Source: an uncultured Clostridia bacterium (GTDB taxonomy: Bacteria; Bacillota; Clostridia; TANB77; CAG-508). From it: 64,000 bases of DNA. The stretch is taken from NCBI GenBank assembly GCA_949746675.1, contig CATKDT010000043.1, positions 24,820 through 88,819 on the forward strand. Direction: 5' to 3'. This document shows positions 46,608 through 54,700 of the stretch, piece by piece. Position 1 is the stretch's first letter. Every line of letters begins with the position of its first letter. The translations under genes were made by a program, and so were the position numbers. The notes under the pieces were generated by a model, which did not search any database, was not told where the DNA came from, and saw nothing but the letters and a program-made list of their open reading frames with translations.

Positions 46608-47432
46608 ATGAAAAATAGCAAAACAGGAACAGTAGGAATAACTATAACTGTTATAGTATTAATAATAATTATAATACTATCAAACATAGGAACAGAACGA
46701 ATGGACGTAATGAAAAATGGAATATCAAAAATATTCATGCCAGTCCAAAATGCATTTGTATTTGTAAAAAACAAAATAACAGGAAATGAACAAGAAATAA
46801 GTGACATAGCACAATTAAAAGAAGAAAACAAAAAACTTAGAGAAGAAAACACAAAACTAAAACAAGAAGAAAGAGAATTAGAGATACTAAAATCTGAAAA
46901 CAACACATTAAAGGAATATTTAAACCTAAAAAATAAATATGGAAACTACAATACAATACCAGCATACTTAATAGAAAAAACATATAGTAACTATGAAAAA
47001 GTAATAGTAATAAATGTAGGAAAAAAAGATGGTATAAAAGTAAACATGCCAGTAATATCAGAAGCTGGACTAGTAGGACATATAATATCAGTAACAGACA
47101 GTACAGCAAAAGTACAAACAATACTTGACACAGCAAGCAATGTAAGTTCTGAGATATCAACATCAAATCAAAGCATATTAATAAAAGGAGTACAAGGCAA
47201 CAACAAGCAAGTAAGAGCAACAAATATACCAGCAGAATCTACCCTAATGCCAGGTGACACAGTAGTCACATCAGGACTTGGAGGAATATATCCAAAAGGA
47301 ATATTAATAGGAACAATAAAAGAAGTAATAAACACAAAAAATGAAATGGATAGATATGCATATATAGATGCTGTGACAAATTTCGACAAATTGTCAACAG
47401 TACTAGTTATAGCAGGAAATCAAGACTCATAA
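46608..47432 (+). CDS. mreC: Rod shape-determining protein MreC
   Basis: 274 aa with an N-terminal TM, a coiled coil (LKEENKKLREENTKLKQEE), and the beta-domain motifs GLVGHI and VVTSGLGGIYPKGILIG. Confidence 0.9.
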   Translation: MKNSKTGTVGITITVIVLIIIIILSNIGTERMDVMKNGISKIFMPVQNAFVFVKNKITGNEQEISDIAQLKEENKKLREENTKLKQEERELEILKSENNTLKEYLNLKNKYGNYNTIPAYLIEKTYSNYEKVIVINVGKKDGIKVNMPVISEAGLVGHIISVTDSTAKVQTILDTASNVSSEISTSNQSILIKGVQGNNKQVRATNIPAESTLMPGDTVVTSGLGGIYPKGILIGTIKEVINTKNEMDRYAYIDAVTNFDKLSTVLVIAGNQDS

Positions 47433-47559
47433 GAATTGTCAGACGTTATTTTCGAAAAAAATAATGGATGAAGATGAACGAGCAAAGCCAAAAAGAATTG
47501 CCAAACAGTTTTTTAAGAAAAAACTGGATGGCGATGAGCTAACTTCAGTGAGTGAAAGG
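47433..47559 (+). repeat. Leader repeat family, locus B (two tandem ~62-nt units filling the mreC-mreD spacer)
   Basis: The units start GAATTGTCAGACG (47433) and GAATTGCCAAACA (47495). The hairpins are TTATTTT/AAAATAA (47446-47464) and CAGTTTTTT/AAAAAACTG (47506-47526). The cores are TAATGGATGAAGATGAACGAGC and AACTGGATGGCGATGAGCTAAC. Confidence 0.7.
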
Positions 47560-47567
47560 AAGATACT

Positions 47568-48101
47568 ATGAAAAAAGTAAAAGCAAGTTTAGCACTAATA
47601 CTAATATTCATAATAATATACTTTATACAAATAAACATATTTACATGGTTTAACATAGCAGGAATAATGCCAAACCTATTCATAGTATTTGCACTATTCA
47701 TGGGACTATTCCTAGGAAAAAAACTAGGAGTAGTAATAAGTCTAATAATGGGAATAATACTAGACATTTTAGTAGGAAAAACAATAGGAATATCAGGAAT
47801 AGTACTAGCAGCCGTCAGTTTAATGGGGGAATACTTCGACAAAAACTTCTCAAAAAACAATAGAATAATGATAATATTTATGACAATAGGTTCAACGATA
47901 TTCTATGAACTAGTAATGTATATAATAAACATAGCAGCATTTCAAATAGAAGCGGACATACCAAACACATTATTAATACTAGGAATAGAAACAATATACA
48001 ACATATTTTTAGTAATAATCTTTTATCCAATAATAGAAAAAGTAGGATACTATTTAGAAGACATATTTAAAGGAAAAAAATACTTAACAGGCTACTTTTA
48101 A
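47568..48101 (+). CDS. mreD: Rod shape-determining protein MreD
   Basis: 177-aa polytopic membrane protein in the canonical position after mreC. Confidence 0.8.
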   Translation: MKKVKASLALILIFIIIYFIQINIFTWFNIAGIMPNLFIVFALFMGLFLGKKLGVVISLIMGIILDILVGKTIGISGIVLAAVSLMGEYFDKNFSKNNRIMIIFMTIGSTIFYELVMYIINIAAFQIEADIPNTLLILGIETIYNIFLVIIFYPIIEKVGYYLEDIFKGKKYLTGYF

Positions 48102-48120
48102 AAACAAATAAGGAGATTGA

Positions 48121-50220
48121 ATGAAACCCAAAAAAGTAAAAAAACAAAAAACGCCCAAAAAAGAAACAAAGATAAGATATAATATAGTAATAGCAGTTGT
48201 ATACATAATAGGAATAGTATTATTACTTCGCCTATTCGAATTGCAAATAGTAAAAGGAGAAGAATATAGAGAACAATCAAACACAAGACTTACACGAGAA
48301 ACAGTATTAAAAGCCGCAAGAGGAAACCTACTAGACGCAAGTGGAAACAAACTAGTATCCACAAAAATAATACACAATGTAGAAATCCATAAGACAAAAA
48401 TTGACACAGACACACTAAACAATACACTATTACTATTTGCAAAAACACTAGAAGAAAATCAAGACAAATACATTGACACATTTCCAATAAAAATAGACCC
48501 ATTTCAAGTAAAAGAAAATACAGACTTTGAAAAATGGAAAACAAATCACAAAATAGACAGCACATATAATGAAGAACAATGCTTCAACTATTACAAAAAA
48601 AGATACGAAATAGATGACGAAAAAACAGTAGAAGAAGCAAGAAAAATAATAACACTAAGGTATGCACTAGAAGAAAATGGATACTCAAACACAAAGCCAT
48701 TAAAATTAGCAACAAACATAAGCAATGCAAGCTTCGCAAAAATAAACGAAATGAGCTCATCATTTCCAGGAGTAGACACATACAGTGAACCAACAGTAGC
48801 ATATCCATATGGTGAAGTAGCATCACACATACTAGGATATATAGGACCAGTAACACAAGATGATCTAAGCAAAAATCCAGAATATGACCAAAACGATGTA
48901 ATAGGAAGAACAGGAATAGAAAAAGTATTTGAAAAATACCTAAAAGGAAAAGACGGAATAAAGCAAATAGACATGTCAGTAGAAGGAATAGTAACAGACG
49001 AATATATATCAAAAGAAGCAGAAGCAGGATCAGACGTAGTATTAACAATAGATGCAGATTTGCAAAGAAAAACAGAAGAAGCATTAGCAAAAAACATAGA
49101 AGACATGCAAAACAGTAGAAATGGACTAACAGGAGCAACAACAGCAAACCAAGGCTCAGCAGTTGTAGTAAATATAAAAACAGGCGAAGTACTTGCAATG
49201 GCAAGTTATCCAAACTATAATCCAACACTATTTATAGACGGAATAAGTACAGAAAACTGGAACAATTACCTATCAGACACAAGACACCCATTAGTAAACA
49301 AAGCAATAGGAGACAAATCAGCACCAGGGTCAACCTACAAAATGGTAACAGCAATAGCAGGACTAGAAAGCAATGCCATAAACCTAAAAACAAAAATAAA
49401 TGATGTAGGAAGATACACATTCTTTAGAGACTATCAGCCATACTGCTGGAACACAAGAGGACATGGCTGGCTAAACGTAACACAAGCAGTAGAACGTTCA
49501 TGTAATTACTTCTTCTATGAAACAGGAAGACTTACAGGAATAAACGAACTAACAAGAGTAGCAAAAGCATTTGGACTAGGGCAAAAAACAGGAATAGAAC
49601 TACCAGATGAAATAGCAGGAAATCTGGCATCGCCAGAAACTCAGGGAGAATGGACAGAAGGAAAAACAATACAAAGTGCAATAGGACAACTAACACACGA
49701 CTTCACACCTCTACAAATGGCAAAATACACAGCAATGATAGCAAATGGCGGAAAAAATATAGAAATATCAATAATAAAAACAATAAAAAACTCAGATGGA
49801 ACAGAAGTATCAAGAAACGAAATAGAAAGCTATGTAAATGAAAAACTAGGAATATCAGGAAATAGTGGAGAAGACTTGCATATAAGTGAACAAAATTTAT
49901 TAGCAGTTAGAGAAGGTATGAAAGGAGTTACAACAGATGGAGCAGGAACAGCACATTCATACTTTAGAGATTTTAATATAACAGTAGGAGGAAAAACAGG
50001 TTCAGCATCAACAGGAGGAGGAAATGCAAATGCATGGTTTGTTGGCTTCGCACCATTTGAAGACCCAGAAATAGCAGTAGCAGTATATATAAAAGATGGA
50101 CAACATGGAACATACTCAGCACCAACAGCAAGGGAAATATTTGCACAATATTTAGGAATGAACTCATCAACAATCACAGAAGACATGCAAGCAATACCAG
50201 AAAACATATCAGTATATTAA
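48121..50220 (+). CDS. mrdA: Penicillin-binding protein 2 (class B transpeptidase)
   Basis: 699 aa with an N-terminal TM, a dimerisation domain, and SxxK (GSTYK), SxN (RSCN) and KTG (GKTGS) motifs. Confidence 0.9.
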   Translation: MKPKKVKKQKTPKKETKIRYNIVIAVVYIIGIVLLLRLFELQIVKGEEYREQSNTRLTRETVLKAARGNLLDASGNKLVSTKIIHNVEIHKTKIDTDTLNNTLLLFAKTLEENQDKYIDTFPIKIDPFQVKENTDFEKWKTNHKIDSTYNEEQCFNYYKKRYEIDDEKTVEEARKIITLRYALEENGYSNTKPLKLATNISNASFAKINEMSSSFPGVDTYSEPTVAYPYGEVASHILGYIGPVTQDDLSKNPEYDQNDVIGRTGIEKVFEKYLKGKDGIKQIDMSVEGIVTDEYISKEAEAGSDVVLTIDADLQRKTEEALAKNIEDMQNSRNGLTGATTANQGSAVVVNIKTGEVLAMASYPNYNPTLFIDGISTENWNNYLSDTRHPLVNKAIGDKSAPGSTYKMVTAIAGLESNAINLKTKINDVGRYTFFRDYQPYCWNTRGHGWLNVTQAVERSCNYFFYETGRLTGINELTRVAKAFGLGQKTGIELPDEIAGNLASPETQGEWTEGKTIQSAIGQLTHDFTPLQMAKYTAMIANGGKNIEISIIKTIKNSDGTEVSRNEIESYVNEKLGISGNSGEDLHISEQNLLAVREGMKGVTTDGAGTAHSYFRDFNITVGGKTGSASTGGGNANAWFVGFAPFEDPEIAVAVYIKDGQHGTYSAPTAREIFAQYLGMNSSTITEDMQAIPENISVY

Positions 50221-50234
50221 CAGGGAGAAATAAC

Positions 50235-50306
50235 ATGGATGGACAAATACAAATAAACAAAGAAACAAAAATGGATGGACAATTAGAAATAAACGAAAAA
50301 ACAGAA
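50235..50306 (+). repeat. Tandem 36-nt duplication at the 5' end of minC
   Basis: ATGGATGGACAAATACAAATAAACAAAGAAACAAAA (50235-50270) and ATGGATGGACAATTAGAAATAAACGAAAAAACAGAA (50271-50306) are identical at 31 of 36 positions. They encode MDGQIQINKETK and MDGQLEINEKTE. Confidence 0.8.
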
Positions 50307-50717
50307 ATAATAGAAAAAGTAAAATCAAAAGAAGAACAAAGCAAAGAAAAAATGCTAGGGCTATCAGAGATAAAGAAAACATTCAGGAAAGAAATAGCAA
50401 GTTCTGAAACAAAATTTTACAAAACTTCATTACGATCAGGACAAAAAATAGAATTTCCAGGAAGCATAGTAATAATAGGAAATGTAAATGATGGAGCAGA
50501 GATAATAGCCGAAGAAAACATAATAGTATTAGGAACTTTAAGAGGAATGGCACATGCAGGAGCAAGAGGAAACGAGAAAGCCATAATAGCAGCACAGACA
50601 ATAAGTTCAAACCAACTTAGAATAGCATCAAAAATAAAAGAAATGAACAAAGAAGAAATGGAAATAACTCATACTTATGCCTATGTAAATGAAGAAGGAA
50701 AAATAGAACTAGAATAG
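50235..50717 (+). CDS. minC: Septum site-determining protein MinC, short form (C-terminal beta-helix domain only)
   Basis: 160 aa. The region LRSGQKIEFPGSIVIIGNVNDGAEIIAEENIIVLGTLRGMAHAGARGNEKAIIAA is the MinC C-terminal domain. Only about 55 residues precede it. Confidence 0.7.
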   Translation: MDGQIQINKETKMDGQLEINEKTEIIEKVKSKEEQSKEKMLGLSEIKKTFRKEIASSETKFYKTSLRSGQKIEFPGSIVIIGNVNDGAEIIAEENIIVLGTLRGMAHAGARGNEKAIIAAQTISSNQLRIASKIKEMNKEEMEITHTYAYVNEEGKIELE

Positions 50718-50782
50718 AAAATAAATAAAGCAAAAATTAAAACTATAAAAACTAAGATAAATATAACAAAGAAAAAACAAAC

Positions 50783-50810
50783 AAGCGAACCATTTGGCTC
50801 GCTTTATTTT
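50783..50810 (+). terminator. Rho-independent terminator after minC
   Basis: AAGCGAAC (50783-50790) pairs with GGCTCGCTT (50796-50804) with one mismatch, then TATTTT. Confidence 0.5.
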
Positions 50811-51003
50811 AATTTATTAACAACAACAAAAGGACAATGTACAAAAATTTATCATCTACCTTTTCCATATACAAGAAGAAAAGGATCGCAATGATAAGCA
50901 AATCATCCATATAAAAAGAATATCCCAAAATATTAATACAACCATTTTCATCTAAAGGAAACAAACTAGAAAATAAATTCAAACACAATCACCTCTTCAA
51001 AGA

Positions 51004-51450
51004 CTATTTAAGCAGATCAAAAAGTTCAGTCATTTTTCCCATTCTAACAAGTTTAATATATTCATCAACCTTTTCCTTCTTCTCATTACGCAAATAAGGT
51101 TTTAGAGCAAAAAGAAGTTTAGTCATATCATCATCACTAGCAGAATTAAGTTTAGAAAGCATACCTTGAACCTTCATTAGAGTTCCAATATCAATATTTG
51201 AAAAATCAAACTTAGAATCACTGCTAGAACCACTACCAGAACTATTATTAGAAATTTCACTAGAAATGTTAATAGTAGAATTAGAAGCTACACCAGTATT
51301 ACTACCAGCAAGATTAGAAGAATCATCAGCACTTTCAGAACTGCCAGGCTTAAACTTAGAAGCCAAATCCCTAATTTCATCAGGAACTTGGTTATTATTA
51401 ATCATCTCTTGAGCCTTCTTTAACATATCATTCAAATCATTATTATTCAT
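51004..51450 (-). CDS. Hypothetical protein with S/N-rich centre and conserved-looking C-terminal helix
   Basis: MNNNDLNDMLKKAQEMI...LLFALKPYLRNEKKEKVDEYIKLVRMGKM. The ATG at 51450 follows GGAGAGGA; the track ORF opens at 51495. Confidence 0.6.
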   Translation of the reverse strand: MNNNDLNDMLKKAQEMINNNQVPDEIRDLASKFKPGSSESADDSSNLAGSNTGVASNSTINISSEISNNSSGSGSSSDSKFDFSNIDIGTLMKVQGMLSKLNSASDDDMTKLLFALKPYLRNEKKEKVDEYIKLVRMGKMTELFDLLK

Positions 51451-51688
51451 AAAATCAATCCTCTCCACAAATATTACACGAAAAAACCTACGCAAACTTT
51501 AAATCTAACTATATTATTATATGAACTACAAATAAAAAAGTTACAAAAATGTAATAAAAATGTAATAAAAACACCCTCAAAACCACATCCGTAAAGGAAA
51601 AAAAGAAAAAACTCAAAAATAAAAATTACCAAAACTTGCATTAAAAGCAATATACATATAATATCGTATATGTAAAAATACCGAAAAA

Positions 51689-51713
51689 GTGTGAAAAAAC
51701 AAGTGAAAAAACT
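51689..51713 (+). promoter_or_regulatory. Direct-repeat motif GTGTGAAAAAACAAGTGAAAAAACT just upstream of the adhesin promoter
   Basis: Near-identical to 15401-15423. It ends 9 nt before the -35 hexamer at 51723. Confidence 0.45.
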
Positions 51714-51722
51714 AAAAAAAGC

Positions 51723-51751
51723 TTGAAAAATCAGCCCAATCGGTGTATAAT
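51723..51751 (+). promoter_or_regulatory. Sigma-A type promoter for the surface-protein operon
   Basis: TTGAAA (51723-51728), 17-nt spacer, TATAAT (51746-51751). Confidence 0.6.
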
Positions 51752-51793
51752 GAATTACGGCAATTATGTAAATAACAAATAAGGAGGATTGTT

Positions 51794-54700
51794 ATGCAAA
51801 AATACACACTAAAAATCGTGGCAATATTAACCACACTATTACTAGTTGGAACAATGTTCATTCCAACACTTGTATACGCCAGTGAGGAAATACAAGACCA
51901 AAAAACAAGTCAAGAAAACGTATTATTTAATGCTACTGTACAAAACAAATATGAGGCAAAACTAAATTTATTGGCAGAATCAACACTTGAACTAAATTTA
52001 TCAGTAAAAAACACAGGATATCTAAAAGACATAAACGTAACACTAGAAGGAAATAACTATGACCTAGTAACAACAAAGGAACCAGAACAAAGTTTAGATA
52101 TACTAACAGTTGATGAGCAAACAACATTAGAACAACAAATATCAAGTCAAATGCCAACAGGAGCATTAGACACAATACAAGGAAATACGAATAACGTAAA
52201 TGAGGATGCATTAAAAAATGCAACTATGGGTGGAAGTATTATAAATCAAACAGAAAATAAGCAACCAGTAGAAGGAAATACACTAACAGAAGAAATAAAA
52301 AACAATATTACAGAAACAAATGACAATCAAAACAAAATAAAAGCAATAAAAGAAAATGTAATAGAACTAAACGAAATAAAATTTGGTGAAACAGCAAACA
52401 TAAAACTTCCAATAAAATTTAAAGAAAATGATAAAATATCTGTAGACGAATATAACAAAGAATCTACAGTAACTTTGAGTGCAATTTACGTAAATGAAAA
52501 AGGAAAAGAAAAGAAAGTAACAAAAACAATAACACACAAAATAGAATGGACACTTGACGTAACAGAAAAAATTGAACAAAAACTAACAAGATACTTAAAA
52601 TACAATAACAACACGATGATAGGTGTAGAAATTAATGATGAGATAGAACCCAATAACTTACCTATAACAAAAAAAGAAATAAGCATAATCACTCCAAAAG
52701 TAAATAATATAAATCCAGAAAAAATAATAGCACTAACAGAAAATGCAGAATACAAATATGAAAATGGAATAGTAACAATAATACAAGAAAGCAAACCTGA
52801 CAATGAGGGCAAAATTTCTATAAACTCTAAGGGAACATACAGACTAATATATATATATAATACACAAGTAGAAGAAATAAAAACTATTGAAACATCAGCA
52901 ACAGCTCAAATAACAACAATAAAAGAAGACACTGTTACAGGAACAACAACACAAAACACATTTGATGTAACAGAACAAATAGGAAGCTTAGTAGACTTAG
53001 AAACAATAAAACCAGAAAGCATAAGTAAAGGGTATATGTATACAAATTTAAATAAAAGCGAAAACAAACTAACAACAAGCTATGAAGAAAAATACAATGT
53101 AAATATTGGACTAGCAGAACTAGTAGACAGAATAACAATAGAACAAAAAACAAACTCATTTACAACAGAACAAGGATATTATGATATAACAGACAAAATA
53201 ACAACAAAGAAAATAAAAGTAGAAAACCTTGAAAAAATACTTGGAGTTGATGGAAAAATAACAATAAAAAATCAAGCAGGAGAAGAAATAGCAGCACTAA
53301 GTAAAGAAAAGCAAGAAGCAGAAATCACAGAATCAATATTAACAATTGAAACAACAAAACCAATAGCAGAAGGAAATCTACAATTTACACTATTAAAAGA
53401 AATATCAGGAGATGTAGGCTTAAATATAGAAGAATTAAAAACAATAAACAAATTAACAACACAAATAAATGTAAAAGGCTACAAAGGTGAAATAGAAATA
53501 TCAAATCAAGAAAAAACAGACGAGATAGCACTAGAAAGTCCAAAATCAACAGCAACACTAGAAGTAAGTCAAAGCACACTATCAACAGTAACAGAAAACA
53601 AAGACATAATATTCAATGTAGTACTTAACAAAAGTAGCATTGAAAACGCACTATACAAAAATCCATCAATAAAAATAACACTACCAGACCAAGTAAAAGA
53701 AATAAAAGTAAAAGACGCACGTGTTTTATATGAAAACGAAATATCAGCAGGCTCAATAAATACTGACAACAACACAATACAAGTAAACTTACAGGGAACA
53801 CAAACAGAATACTCAAGTTCAGCAACAGAAAAAGGATCATTAGTAAGAATAGTAGCAGACATAAAACTTGACAACTTAGCAACATCTGATAATGGAAATA
53901 TAAAATTAAACTATGCAAACGAAGCAACAGGAGAAAATAATACAATAGAAGGAACAATGAAGGTAGAAGCACCAACAGGATTTGTAACAACAAACACAAT
54001 AAAAATAGATGATAAAGAAGCAACAGCAGTAGAAAGCAACAATGATGATATAGAAATAGCAAGAACAGCAGAAGAAAGAAAAATGCAAATAAAAGGTGTA
54101 ATAATAAACAATCTAGGAAATAATGCAGAAGGACTAACAATAATAGGAAGAATACCATTCCAAGGAAACAAAACATTAGAAGGAAAAGACTTAGGAACAA
54201 CAGTTGATACAACACTAAGCACAGCAATAGCAGTAACAGGACTAGAAAACGCATTAGTATATTACAGTGATGACAAAGAAGCAGGAATAACTACACAAAA
54301 CTGGAGTACAGAACCAACTACAAGCTCAAAAACATACAAAATAGTAGCAAATACACCATTAAACGACAAAACAAAAGCAGAATTTAACTATGAAGTAACA
54401 GTTCCAGCAAATTTACCAGCTTCAAGTGCAATAAAAGAAAACTATGGAGTATATTACAACAACAACTCAGTAGATGGAATAAAAACAAACCTAGTAGAAG
54501 CAAAAACAGTAGGAGCATCAACATCTGGAATAGCAGATATTGAAACAGGACTAGAAATATTTGACACAAACACTGGAGTACAAATTCAAAATGAGGGACA
54601 AGTAACAGAAGGAGAATACATCACATACAGAATACGTATACGTAATAAAGGAAGCAAAAATGCTGAAAATGTAAAAGTAAAAGCAACATTAGCAAATGGG

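Noticed and set aside
50856-50951. A minus-strand 31-codon hydrophobic ORF (MKMVVLIFWDILFIWMICLSLRSFSSCIWKR*) as a possible type I toxin
   Set aside because: There is no SD, no obvious promoter and no antisense RNA partner. Short hydrophobic ORFs arise easily on the T-rich complement here, so support is insufficient.
51545-51566. The tandem 11-mer AAAAATGTAAT x2 upstream of the adhesin region
   Set aside because: There are only two copies, the sequence is low complexity, and it has no positional relationship to a promoter that I could establish.
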